Shown here in pieces: positions 25,964 through 35,648 of a stretch of 64,000 nucleotides of DNA. Under the pieces are notes generated by a model. The model worked only from the letters and a program-made list of their open reading frames with translations. It did no database searches and was not told the DNA's origin. How positions within the stretch are numbered: the first letter of the stretch is position 1; each line of letters starts with the position of its first letter. The position numbers and the translations under genes are program-made. The stretch covers positions 769,863-833,862 of the forward strand of contig OZ220494.1 in NCBI GenBank assembly GCA_965116215.1. Reading direction: 5' to 3'. The DNA comes from Bdellovibrionales bacterium (GTDB lineage Bacteria; Bdellovibrionota; Bdellovibrionia; Bdellovibrionales; JAKFYE01).

Positions 25964-27307
25964 TTAAATTTTCTTATATTTTTCAGGAGTAACAGCTAAT
26001 CTTTTACCGAAAGTTGGTAATACTTTATTGGATTTTCTCATGCTCTTTTGATCTTCCAACAACTTCATGTATATATTTTTAAGCTCTAATTGAAGCATAT
26101 TATACTGCTCATGTAGCGCATGAACCATTAACTCTTTATTAACCACTGCTGGATCCTTCCAATAAAAGGAGAGCCAGTCTTGAATCCCTCCCCTACCCAA
26201 ACGAAATGCAAGATCTAGAAATTGGACTAAATCCAAAACAATCGGTGCAGCAAGAATCGAATCTCGGCATAAAAAATTAACTTTTATTTGCATAGGATAA
26301 CCTAACCATCCCTTTATATCAATATTATCCCACCCTTCTTTACAATCACCACGAGGACGGTAGTAATTTATACGAACAGCATGATCTAAATCAGCATAAA
26401 GTTCTGGATGACACTCAGGTTGTAAAATACTATCCAATACTCCTAATTTTGAAACTTCTTTGGATTTAAAACTTTGAGGGTCTTGTAAAACTTCGCCATC
26501 ACGATTACCAAGAATATTTGTCGAAAACCAACCATGAATAGAAATCATTCGAGATTTCAAACCAGGAGCAATGATTGTTTTCATAAGAGTTTGACCTGTC
26601 TTAAAATCACTTCCAGCAAGTGGCACTCCCTTTTCTCTTGCCAACTGCTGCATACATGGAAGCTCCACACTTAAATTCGGAGCCCCATTAGCAAAAGGAA
26701 CTCGCTCCATAAGGGCAGCATAGAGATAAATCATTGAAGGTGCGACTTGATCACTATTGGTCTTCATTGCTTCTTCAAAGGATGCAATAGACTGATGTTC
26801 TGCTCCCTCCTGAATAAAAGATTCAGTTGACCCACACCAGATCATCACCAAGCGGTCACATTGATTTTTGGATTTGAAACGACAAATATCTTCACGTAAA
26901 AGCTGAGCCAGCTCAAGTTTATTCTCAGCCGCCTTACGATAAGGATATTTAATGTATTTCACAAATTCAGGGTCAAAAACAGCATCCATAGCTTGAATTT
27001 TTTCTAAATCCAGCTTGAGGTCCTCAATGAGTTCCTTCTCTAAAACCTCAGATCTCAGAGCCGTCTGATAGGCATTTTCACCATGAACATCCCAACCACC
27101 AAAAACAAAATTTTCCAATGGTAAAAGCGGTAGGGCAGCTTTTAAGCTCACTCTGGATTCATCAAGTTCTAAATCCCCCAACTCAGAAAGAGATCCAATA
27201 GGAAGACCCATCTTCTTTTGAACAGCAAAAACACCCGATATAAATGTTGTGGCCACAGCACCTAAACCTGGTATGAGAACCCCAACTCGATCCTGACTTG
27301 AACGCAT
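25964..27307 (-). CDS. ino1: myo-Inositol-1-phosphate synthase
   Basis: It has an N-terminal Rossmann GVLIPGLGAVATT, FANGAPN and NILGNRDGEVL, and overall MIPS collinearity. Confidence 0.85.
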   Translation of the reverse strand: MRSSQDRVGVLIPGLGAVATTFISGVFAVQKKMGLPIGSLSELGDLELDESRVSLKAALPLLPLENFVFGGWDVHGENAYQTALRSEVLEKELIEDLKLDLEKIQAMDAVFDPEFVKYIKYPYRKAAENKLELAQLLREDICRFKSKNQCDRLVMIWCGSTESFIQEGAEHQSIASFEEAMKTNSDQVAPSMIYLYAALMERVPFANGAPNLSVELPCMQQLAREKGVPLAGSDFKTGQTLMKTIIAPGLKSRMISIHGWFSTNILGNRDGEVLQDPQSFKSKEVSKLGVLDSILQPECHPELYADLDHAVRINYYRPRGDCKEGWDNIDIKGWLGYPMQIKVNFLCRDSILAAPIVLDLVQFLDLAFRLGRGGIQDWLSFYWKDPAVVNKELMVHALHEQYNMLQLELKNIYMKLLEDQKSMRKSNKVLPTFGKRLAVTPEKYKKI

Positions 27308-27472
27308 CTATTCAATACCTTTATTATCTTCCTTCTCATATTTGTACTCTAGTCACAACACGATAAAGCACAATAGACCACTTATGGTAACAATTTCTTC
27401 TGCTCAAATTATATACAGAGCAACCCTATTATAGCTATTTTAGCCCTCATGTCCATAACCCATTACCCGTCA

Positions 27473-28825
27473 TCAGTGGGGATGAACTTCTTTCCCAACA
27501 ACTTGAGATAAAATACCCCAGGCCATTTCGATATCAAAAAGTATCCGATAAAAAACCACTAGTGTTTCAATATGAGCTTGGTAGGCTGGAACAACATTCT
27601 CAGCATCAATGACATCTGTCTTAAAGCCAACCATCATCTTATCAAACCATTTTTTACCAATCCTATACCCCTTTTGAGCGGCCTTCTTTCTGTCTTCCAA
27701 TGCACTGATATTCAACCAAGCCTGTCTAACAAGACTTTTTAATCCTGACTCCATTTTAAACTTTTGCGTTTTCAAAACAGCAACTTCTGCGTGCAACTTT
27801 TTCTCCTTTGCTGAACTCAAATGCAAATCCCATTGAAATCCTATACCCACCGTCCCTTCACTTTTATTAAAAGGATCATAAGCAAATGGACTACTTTGCG
27901 CTTCCCTAATAGATGTTGTTGCAAAATCATATTTTAGCAATACACCTATCAAAGGCCATCGTGCACGGGCCTCTGCCTTGGCCAAAGCCTTTTTTGCTAA
28001 AAGACCCTCTTTTAGTTGACGAAACTCAGGACGATTCGCATAAGCTAACTCTAAGTAATAAGATAGAGACTTTAGATTATGTGTTCTGTTCAAAAGTCGA
28101 CTCTCTTTGGGAATATAACCCTCTGTTCCCATCATTTCATTAAAGCCCATTTTTGCTAATTCCATATCCCTTTCCAAGGAGGACCGTCTACCCTCTATTT
28201 GTGAAAGTAAAATACCCAAACGATAACGTTGTGCTTGTACATTTTCTCTCTTTTTAAGATGATTTAATCCCTTTTTCACATCTTTTATACTACGGTCCAC
28301 ATAACCTTTTAAGGATTTTGCTAAAAGATAACCATAGTAAAATCTCTTCGTTTTATAAATCACATCTAATTCTTTAATTTTTACTTCTTGTTCTTTGACA
28401 CCCTTTCCATGGTAAGCCGCCTTAATAGATTCATCAATACGACCCCAACTATATAGAGGTTGATGAACCTCTATATTTGCAGAGTATCCCAAACCATATT
28501 GAGAATGACTCGAACCATTGACAGCATTACCCGTTGCCCCTCCAATAGGTCCCAACCCTGCCATAAGCTTTAGCCGAGGATATCTTTCCCCTTTCGCCCT
28601 TAGAATATCTAATTCTGCAGCAAGGATCTTTTGACGTTCTACCTGTAAATCAAGATTTTTTTGTAATACCTTTTCAATGGCCTCAGAAAGAGAGAGACGA
28701 GGCCCCTTGCCCCATATGAAATAAGGTGTAAAAATAATAAATAAAATGCTTATACTTCGTACCACTCTGACCCTCGATGACAAGATAGGAGTAAACCAAA
28801 ATAGACGATCCCCCAAATACAACAA
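27473..28825 (-). CDS. TolC-like outer-membrane efflux protein
   Basis: It shows the two-repeat OEP architecture and LSLSEAIEKVLQKNLDLQVERQKILAAELDILRAKGERYPRL, typical of the OEP family. No pump genes are adjacent. The start is uncertain. Confidence 0.75.
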   Translation of the reverse strand: MLYLGDRLFWFTPILSSRVRVVRSISILFIIFTPYFIWGKGPRLSLSEAIEKVLQKNLDLQVERQKILAAELDILRAKGERYPRLKLMAGLGPIGGATGNAVNGSSHSQYGLGYSANIEVHQPLYSWGRIDESIKAAYHGKGVKEQEVKIKELDVIYKTKRFYYGYLLAKSLKGYVDRSIKDVKKGLNHLKKRENVQAQRYRLGILLSQIEGRRSSLERDMELAKMGFNEMMGTEGYIPKESRLLNRTHNLKSLSYYLELAYANRPEFRQLKEGLLAKKALAKAEARARWPLIGVLLKYDFATTSIREAQSSPFAYDPFNKSEGTVGIGFQWDLHLSSAKEKKLHAEVAVLKTQKFKMESGLKSLVRQAWLNISALEDRKKAAQKGYRIGKKWFDKMMVGFKTDVIDAENVVPAYQAHIETLVVFYRILFDIEMAWGILSQVVGKEVHPH

Positions 28826-28949
28826 TTTATTTCCTCCAAATCCTCAATAATTGCAATAACGAATAAGGCCAATATTATTTTTTCATAGCTTCTCCCTCTG
28901 ATGAAATTCTAGACTTCTGTGTCCCTTCAAGATAAGACTCTCTTTAATA

Positions 28950-29894
28950 ATGGGCACACTGAAGTTATTCTCCGGATCCTCCAATCCAAACTTAGCTGAA
29001 AAAATCGCTAAAGCCACTGGGGCACCCCTTGGGCATTGTGCACTGAAGCGATTTGCAGATGGTGAAGTACAAATTGAAATCCAAGAAAATGTCCGTGGTG
29101 ATGATGTTTTTGTTATTCAAAGCACATGTCCTCCGGTCAATGAGTCCTATATGGAGCTATTTATCATTATGGATGCACTAAAACGCGCTTCTGCTGCCAG
29201 AATAACAGCCGTTATCCCTTACTATGGATATGCACGTCAGGATCGCAAGGTTGCCCCCAGAGCTCCTATCTCTGCAAAATGTATTGCTGATTTACTCACT
29301 TCAGCCGGAGCCCACCGCATTCTATGTGTTGATCTTCACTCGGATCAAATTCAGGGTTTTTTTAATGTTCCTGTGGACCATTTATTTGCCATCCCTACAT
29401 TTGCAAGAGCTTGGCATCAAAAACACGGCATAGGGGAAAATTATGTTGTTGTCAGTCCCGATGCTGGAGGAGTGGAGAGAGTACGGGCCTTTGCAAAACG
29501 CATTGATGCTTCCATTGCTATTATTGACAAGCGTCGTACAGGCCCTAATGAAGCCAAGGCTTTTCATCTTATTGGAACCGTTAAAGACAAATATGCCATT
29601 ATTTTAGATGACATGATCGATACAGCAGGAACTCTCATACAAGCTGTTGACAGTCTCGTTGAAAATGGGGCAAAACAAGTGTTTGCCATTGCCACACACC
29701 CAGTCTTTTCAGAGTCAGCTATCGTGCACTTAAGCAATAGCCAACTCGAACAAGTTCTGGTAACTGACACAATCCCTCTGCGACCTGAGGCTATGGCTTG
29801 TAAAAAAATCCGTGTGATTTCCATAGCTCCTGTTATTTCTGAGGCCATACGGAGAATACATGATAATGAATCTGTAAGTTCATTATTTCTTTAA
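28950..29894 (+). CDS. prs: Ribose-phosphate pyrophosphokinase
   Basis: MGTLKLFSGSSNPNLAEKIA..., YYGYARQDRK and the PRPP-binding DDMIDTAGT. Confidence 0.95.
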   Translation: MGTLKLFSGSSNPNLAEKIAKATGAPLGHCALKRFADGEVQIEIQENVRGDDVFVIQSTCPPVNESYMELFIIMDALKRASAARITAVIPYYGYARQDRKVAPRAPISAKCIADLLTSAGAHRILCVDLHSDQIQGFFNVPVDHLFAIPTFARAWHQKHGIGENYVVVSPDAGGVERVRAFAKRIDASIAIIDKRRTGPNEAKAFHLIGTVKDKYAIILDDMIDTAGTLIQAVDSLVENGAKQVFAIATHPVFSESAIVHLSNSQLEQVLVTDTIPLRPEAMACKKIRVISIAPVISEAIRRIHDNESVSSLFL

Positions 29895-29910
29895 AAATGA
29901 AAGGACTGTC

Positions 29911-30597
29911 ATGACAACTGGACATGCCATTGAATTAGAAGTTCAATCGAGACCCATTGGTAAACATATCTCCCGAAAGTTACGGAGAGAGAAAAGAACT
30001 CCCGGAGTACTCTATGGTGCAAAGATAAAAAATCATGTGTTCTCCATAGAGGAAAAGTGGGTCGTTAAGTATGCAACATCAAAATATGAGAATACTCTCT
30101 TTAAAATCAAATCTGAAAATAAAGATATTAACGGTATGCAAGTCTTGATGAAAGATATCGTGACTCATCCTGTATCCAGAACTCCTATTCATATAGATCT
30201 TCTCGCTGTAGATCTAATGAAAAAAATTGTTGTCTCTGTAGCCCTAAAATTTGAAGGTAAAGCCATTGGTCTACAAGATGGAGGACTACTACAAGTTATC
30301 CGTCATGATATAGAGGTTGAGTGCCTACCTACAGATATTCCAGAAAGTCTTTCTGTTAATGTATCCTCTTTAGGTATACATGATTCTTTACATGTGAATG
30401 ACCTCAAACTCCCATCAAATGTGAAAGCCATGACAGATCCCAACTCAACACTTGTAACAGTTACAGTTGTTCAAGAAGAGAAAGAAAAACCTTCTAGCAT
30501 TGATGAAGAAGAAACAAAAGAACCTGAAGTTATTAGTAAAGGCAAAAAGGAAGACGGCTCGCCTGACTCTAACGATGATGGAAATAAAACATCCTAA
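29911..30597 (+). CDS. rplY: 50S ribosomal protein L25 / general stress protein Ctc
   Basis: RKLRREKRTPGVLYG plus the two-domain Ctc form with an acidic tail. It sits in the conserved prs-ctc-pth order. Confidence 0.85.
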   Translation: MTTGHAIELEVQSRPIGKHISRKLRREKRTPGVLYGAKIKNHVFSIEEKWVVKYATSKYENTLFKIKSENKDINGMQVLMKDIVTHPVSRTPIHIDLLAVDLMKKIVVSVALKFEGKAIGLQDGGLLQVIRHDIEVECLPTDIPESLSVNVSSLGIHDSLHVNDLKLPSNVKAMTDPNSTLVTVTVVQEEKEKPSSIDEEETKEPEVISKGKKEDGSPDSNDDGNKTS

Positions 30598-30606
30598 TTA
30601 AACAAT

Positions 30607-31197
30607 ATGTGGTTAATAGCAGGCCTTGGCAATCCAGGAAAAACATATCAATCCCATCGACATAACATAGGCTTTTTGGCGATCGACCACTTCCTTAAAC
30701 AACATTCTGATCATAGCCAACTACCCTGTTTTAAACACAAATTTCAATCCCTCATATTTCAGTTTCATCTGAGTGGTGAAATAATTCTAACTGTAAAGCC
30801 CCAAACGTATATGAACCTTTCTGGGGAAGCCATTCGAGAAATCATGCATTTCTATAAAATTAATAATGAACACTTACTGGTTGTACATGACGAAGTCTAT
30901 TTACCTTTTTTAAGAATGAAAATTCAAAAAAATAGAGGACCCGCAGGACATAATGGTGTCAAAAATATTAATGAGCAACTCAAAACTCAAGACTACGCTC
31001 GCTTAAAGCTAGGGATTGGAAAACCAGATGACGATTCAGATATAAGTGTAGAATCTTTTGTTTTACACAACTTTACCACTGAGGAAGAAAAAAAAATCCC
31101 TGATTTTCTGAACCTTGCATCTCAAGCTATTGAATCTTATATCCTTAATGGAGCAGAAAAAACAGCCAGTCGCTTTAATGAAAAGAGATCCGAATAA
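30607..31197 (+). CDS. pth: Peptidyl-tRNA hydrolase
   Basis: MWLIAGLGNPGKTYQSHRHNIGF, and GHNGVKNI. Confidence 0.93.
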   Translation: MWLIAGLGNPGKTYQSHRHNIGFLAIDHFLKQHSDHSQLPCFKHKFQSLIFQFHLSGEIILTVKPQTYMNLSGEAIREIMHFYKINNEHLLVVHDEVYLPFLRMKIQKNRGPAGHNGVKNINEQLKTQDYARLKLGIGKPDDDSDISVESFVLHNFTTEEEKKIPDFLNLASQAIESYILNGAEKTASRFNEKRSE

Positions 31198-31198
31198 A

Positions 31199-32287
31199 AT
31201 GCAATGTGGTATTGTTGGTTTACCAAACGTAGGAAAAAGTACTATTTTTAACGCTCTCACTGCTGCGAAGGTAGATTCAGCAAACTATCCTTTTTGTACA
31301 ATCGACCCCAATATTGGCATTGTGACTGTGCCAGATTCACGCCTTTCAAAGCTTGCAAAGATTGTAAATACAAAAAAGATCATCCTGACATCGATTCAAT
31401 TTGTTGATATTGCAGGACTTGTTGCCGGAGCCAGTCGAGGTGAAGGCTTAGGCAATCAATTCCTCGCCAATATTCGAGAAACAGATGCTATTATTCATGT
31501 TGTCCGTTGCTTTGAAAACGAAAATATTGTTCATGTTAATGGGGAAATTAATCCCCAGCAAGATATTGAAATTATCAACACAGAACTCTGCTTAGCTGAC
31601 CTAGAATCAATAACTAAACGGATTGAGAAATTAAAAAAGCAAACCAAAAGCCATAAGGGTATTTCTGAAGAATTAGATTTTATGGAGAAAATAAAATTCA
31701 CTTTAGACAAAGGGCAACCCATTCGCTCTCTTGCAAGAACCAAGACAGAAGAGTTTTTTTTAAAAAATTCACAACTCCTGACAGACAAGCCTGTTCTGTA
31801 TCTCTGCAATGTGGATGAAAATACTTTTTCAAAAGGAACAAATAAATATATTGAAGATATTAAACCCATTATTGATTCAGAGAACAGTTGTATGGTTATA
31901 CTCTGTGGAGCTATTGAAGCAGAAATAGTGCAGCTTTCAATACAAGATCAAAAAGATTTTTTAAAATCTATTGGGGCTAAAGAGCCCGGTCTGCACACAC
32001 TAATACGTGAAGCCTATAAGCTTTTAGATCTCATCACATATTTTACAGCAGGAGAAAAAGAGGTTCGGGCATGGACTATTAAAAAAGGTTCAAAAGCCCC
32101 ACAGGCCGCAGGGGTGATTCATACAGATTTTGAAAAAGGATTTATTCGTGCAGAAACATATACGGCCAGCGATATTTTTGAAAAGGGCTCTGAGAATGCG
32201 ATAAAGGAAGCTGGACTCTTACGATCGGAGGGAAAGGATTACATTGTCAAAGATGGGGATGTTATGCTTTTTCGTTTCAATATCTAA
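31199..32287 (+). CDS. ychF: Ribosome-binding ATPase YchF
   Basis: MQCGIVGLPNVGKSTIFNALT and a C-terminal TGS-like region ending DGDVMLFRFN. I placed the start at ATG 31199, one nt after the pth stop, not at 31115. Confidence 0.93.
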   Translation: MQCGIVGLPNVGKSTIFNALTAAKVDSANYPFCTIDPNIGIVTVPDSRLSKLAKIVNTKKIILTSIQFVDIAGLVAGASRGEGLGNQFLANIRETDAIIHVVRCFENENIVHVNGEINPQQDIEIINTELCLADLESITKRIEKLKKQTKSHKGISEELDFMEKIKFTLDKGQPIRSLARTKTEEFFLKNSQLLTDKPVLYLCNVDENTFSKGTNKYIEDIKPIIDSENSCMVILCGAIEAEIVQLSIQDQKDFLKSIGAKEPGLHTLIREAYKLLDLITYFTAGEKEVRAWTIKKGSKAPQAAGVIHTDFEKGFIRAETYTASDIFEKGSENAIKEAGLLRSEGKDYIVKDGDVMLFRFNI

Positions 32288-32300
32288 AATTTTTTATATG

Positions 32301-33713
32301 TCAGTAGTCACAATTAAAATTTTTGTTGGATTGCTCTTCGACCACTACGTCTGACTTATCTGTTAAGAGCTTTTCTGCTTTCTTTGCTTCGGCCAAAGAT
32401 AAATAATCCTTAGTGGCCTCATTCTGAGCTTCCATTATTTTAGAAGGGGGTAATCGCTCCTCTATTATCTCTAACAAAGCATTGGTCTCTGAGGTATTCA
32501 CTCCTTGTGCTCCGGCTAAAGAGGTCCACCTATAGCCTTTCATATAATTTCTAGGCACACCCTCCTCACCTGAACAATAGAGATAACCCAATTTATATTG
32601 AGCAGGCCCATAACCTTTCTGTGCTGATTTTTCTAACCAGAAAATAGCCTTTCCTATATTGAAATCAACTCCTCGACCCATAAGATAGTTTTCTCCCAAT
32701 GCATACTGTGCATCGACATGTCCCTGATAAGCAGCCTTTTTAAACCAATCCATAGCCTGCATATAATTTCTAGGAAGAATTCGCCCAACAGTAAACAATA
32801 CCCCAAGTGTATACTGAGATTTAGCATAGCCCTGCTGAGCTGCCTTCTTATGCCAATAAATACCTTCCGCATAATTCGGTGTTTTCTCTAAATAGTACTT
32901 TGCTAATTGGTGCTGTGCGCTTGCACTGCCTTTTTTTGCAGCTTGTGTGAGTGACTCCAAACTGGGAGGGGAGCTTAGATTATCATATGGATTCATACTC
33001 TCTTGAATTGATGTTTTCCCTCTTTGAATTTGGATTTTCCTTTCTTCCATTTTCCTTTCTTCTTTAATTTCCTCTTCAAACTGACGTCTAGTCCAATCCT
33101 GAGCCTCTGCAATCTCTGAAGGAGACATTTGACTCTCTAAATAATCTAAAAAAGTGATGCCGTTCTCACTGAACACGTCTACCGACATATTTCTTGCACC
33201 TGTTAAAGACGTCCATTTATAAGACTCTACTAAATCTTTTGGAGAAGTGCTTATCGTATCTTTGGTTAATAAATTCAGAGCGGAAAGTGTTTCTTGAGCT
33301 TTTATATAATTTTGTTCAGCCGCTTTCTGAAACCAAAAAATAGCTTTCTCTTCATTTTGAGAAACACCGTGGCCTGAAAAATACATTTCTCCAATCTGGT
33401 CTTGAGATCTTGCATCACCTTGTTTGGCCGCCTTGTGAAACCAAAAGAAAGATTTTTTATAATCTTGGGAAATGCCAAGACCTGAAAAATACCTGTCCCC
33501 TAACTCTCTCTGGGCACGAATATCACCACTCTTAGCCTTGTCATTGAGTGCTTTCAGCTTTCTGGAATCCAAAGTTTGACTCTGACCCTTTATTTGCCCT
33601 CGCTGGTTCTTATTTGATTCAGCAGAAATATCCTTTAAAGGTATGGATGGGTTATCATTAGCTTGTAATGAAGTAGAAAATAAATATATCGAAAGTAAAA
33701 AGATTATTCTCAT
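32301..33713 (-). CDS. Secreted Sel1-like repeat (SLR) protein
   Basis: It has a signal peptide and two blocks of SLR units (e.g. AQRELGDRYFSGLGISQDYKKSFFWFHKAAKQGDARSQ). Each block is followed by a YKWTSL/YRWTSL...EAQ segment. Confidence 0.85.
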   Translation of the reverse strand: MRIIFLLSIYLFSTSLQANDNPSIPLKDISAESNKNQRGQIKGQSQTLDSRKLKALNDKAKSGDIRAQRELGDRYFSGLGISQDYKKSFFWFHKAAKQGDARSQDQIGEMYFSGHGVSQNEEKAIFWFQKAAEQNYIKAQETLSALNLLTKDTISTSPKDLVESYKWTSLTGARNMSVDVFSENGITFLDYLESQMSPSEIAEAQDWTRRQFEEEIKEERKMEERKIQIQRGKTSIQESMNPYDNLSSPPSLESLTQAAKKGSASAQHQLAKYYLEKTPNYAEGIYWHKKAAQQGYAKSQYTLGVLFTVGRILPRNYMQAMDWFKKAAYQGHVDAQYALGENYLMGRGVDFNIGKAIFWLEKSAQKGYGPAQYKLGYLYCSGEEGVPRNYMKGYRWTSLAGAQGVNTSETNALLEIIEERLPPSKIMEAQNEATKDYLSLAEAKKAEKLLTDKSDVVVEEQSNKNFNCDY

Positions 33714-33992
33714 TTCAATAATCCTTTCTTTATCTTTTGTACATTCAGTTCAATCAAATAAGTCCACTCATTTTAAAAAACATCTACAGTGTATCAACTC
33801 TTATTCTAGGAATTTTATAAGATAGAGTCGCTCAGTGACTCAAGACGACTATCAATATAAGAACATTTTACATACAGAGACCCAATAACAATTCTAAACA
33901 CTGTAGAAATTGTAACCCTGCTTATATTATGAGATCTTTTTAAATATAATAAGAACTTATGACATAATAAAAAACAAAATTCATGACACTTT

Positions 33993-35354
33993 TTAATAAC
34001 ACTGTCGATTCTGTTTATTTTTTCTCTTCCAGTAACGAGCTTTTTGAAAATCTCTGGAGACAGTCTCTCCATGGTAATACATTTTACCAAAATGATATTG
34101 AGTACTCGGATGACCTTGCCCTGCTGCTGCCTTAAACCACTCCAAAGCCTTTTGAAAATCCCTTTCAACCCCCAGTCCTTGATAATACATCATAGCCAGC
34201 TCGTATTGAGCGTTTCTATGACCTTGCTTGGCGGCTCCCTCAAGCCATCCAAAAGCCTTTTGAAGATCTCTTTTAACATGCCCTCCTCTATAATATATAC
34301 CACCAAGTTCATATTGAGCTTCTGCATGACTCTGTTTGGCGGCCTTCTCATACCAATAATGAGCCTTTTGAAAATTTCTTTTAACACCCTCTCCATAATA
34401 ATACATAACAGCAACAGTATATTGAGCCTCTGCATGACTTTGTCTGGCTGCCCTATGAAACCAGTAAAAAGAATCTTGAAGATCCGGTAGAACACTTCCT
34501 ATGCCAGCTTTATAAATTACACCCAGACGAAACATATCTCCTACTGTTTTAATATCGGCATCCAGAGCCCGTTTTAAAACGGGCTCAGAAGACATATGAT
34601 CAAGACGCATTTCACTTTCTTTTTCTAAAAACTCTCTATTTCCTTCAATAAGAACTTTTAGTTTATTAATTGGTATAGAAATAGTTTCCGTAGAAATTGA
34701 GGTTATACTACCATAAACGATACCAATAACTTTTAAATCCTGTGAGAAAACAGGAGATCCGCTACTCCCGCTTGAAGAAAAAGCTATAGTATGAAATGCC
34801 TCATTCCCGATACGCATTCCAATAGAGCCCTCTACAAGAACAACTTTATTACCCCTTCGTATGCTAGAATCCATTAGAAAAGATAGCTCTTTAAATGTAA
34901 CACCCTTCACTTGTTCATCCCAATTCACATCACTAGGATAACCAATAGTAAAAGCCCTCCTACCTCTAATAATATTATTCTGACTTCCCAAACTTAAGGG
35001 CTTATAGTCACTCCTTCGTGTTTTAATAATCGCCAAATCACTTTCGGGATCAGCAATCAAAACTCTTCCATAATCTCTTTTTGATGATGGAGCAATCACC
35101 TCCATCCATTGAGTTATATTCTCAACTCCCCGAACTATATGATCATTAGTCACCAGCAAGTTTTCTGTTATAAAAAAGCCGCTCCCGAATGACTTGTTTA
35201 AAGGGTCAGAGACCCTAGCAACGGATTGGCTTAAATTTTTATAATCCCTTTCATCAACTCCGTAAGATAAGGGAGTAGAAAAACAAGCGATAAAAAGTAA
35301 AGTCACCTTGATGATGTCTATAGACAACTTAAGTGATTTTGGTTCTGATTTCAT
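33993..35354 (-). CDS. Secreted trypsin-like serine protease fused to C-terminal Sel1 repeats (paralog 1)
   Basis: It has a signal peptide and an S1 triad context (VTNDHIV, SDLAIIKT, GSSGSPVF). About five SLR units follow (AQYTVAVMYYYGEGVKRNFQKAHYWYEKAAKQSH...). Confidence 0.85.
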   Translation of the reverse strand: MKSEPKSLKLSIDIIKVTLLFIACFSTPLSYGVDERDYKNLSQSVARVSDPLNKSFGSGFFITENLLVTNDHIVRGVENITQWMEVIAPSSKRDYGRVLIADPESDLAIIKTRRSDYKPLSLGSQNNIIRGRRAFTIGYPSDVNWDEQVKGVTFKELSFLMDSSIRRGNKVVLVEGSIGMRIGNEAFHTIAFSSSGSSGSPVFSQDLKVIGIVYGSITSISTETISIPINKLKVLIEGNREFLEKESEMRLDHMSSEPVLKRALDADIKTVGDMFRLGVIYKAGIGSVLPDLQDSFYWFHRAARQSHAEAQYTVAVMYYYGEGVKRNFQKAHYWYEKAAKQSHAEAQYELGGIYYRGGHVKRDLQKAFGWLEGAAKQGHRNAQYELAMMYYQGLGVERDFQKALEWFKAAAGQGHPSTQYHFGKMYYHGETVSRDFQKARYWKRKNKQNRQCY

Positions 35355-35377
35355 GTGAGAGGTTTCCTTAGCCTATC

Positions 35378-35412
35378 TGGACATTGACCCTTCTCTAATT
35401 TTTAAAATAGCC
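35378..35412 (-). promoter_or_regulatory. Conserved 5' leader/promoter block shared by the two protease-SLR genes (copy 1)
   Basis: TGGACATTGACCCTTCTCTAATTTTTAAAATAGCC is identical to 37824-37858 at 34 of 35 positions (30 of them contiguous), while the flanking sequence has diverged. Confidence 0.5.
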
Positions 35413-35428
35413 CAAGTCAAGAAATGAA

Positions 35429-35607
35429 AGAGTTTTCTCAAGGCTTTTAAAACGAGTTTTCTGAGGCGCAGGGCGTATCCGCAGAAAGACAGTTTGTTCT
35501 ACCCCTGAGTGCATCGAGTTCTACTAACCAAAGATTTTAGTCTTCGGCGGAGACGAGCTGCGAACCTCAGAGTTGTCTGAGATTTTGAAAGCCTTGAGAA
35601 AAACTCT
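35429..35607. repeat. MITE-like inverted-repeat element, full form
   Basis: AGAGTTTTCTCAAGGCTTTTAAAACGAGTTTTCTGAGGCGCAGGGCGTATCCGCAG...core...GACGAGCTGCGAACCTCAGAGTTGTCTGAGATTTTGAAAGCCTTGAGAAAAACTCT. Confidence 0.8.
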
Positions 35608-35648
35608 TCCTCTTATGCCTCTACAAAATAAATCTTGAAGAGAAACTA

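Noticed and set aside
31115-31198. Long start for ychF overlapping pth by 83 nt, and likewise the 50867-50923 extension of hutU
   Set aside because: The conserved N-termini (MQCGIVGLPNVGKS; [10 protein letters not shown], preceded by AAGGAGG) begin at the internal ATGs. The extensions overlap upstream genes.
33815-34495. ORFs 33815-34168(-), 34044-34490(+) and 34190-34495(-) overlapping the SLR region of the protease gene
   Set aside because: These are alternative-frame or antisense readings of repetitive Sel1-coding DNA. The in-frame SLR consensus identifies the real frame.
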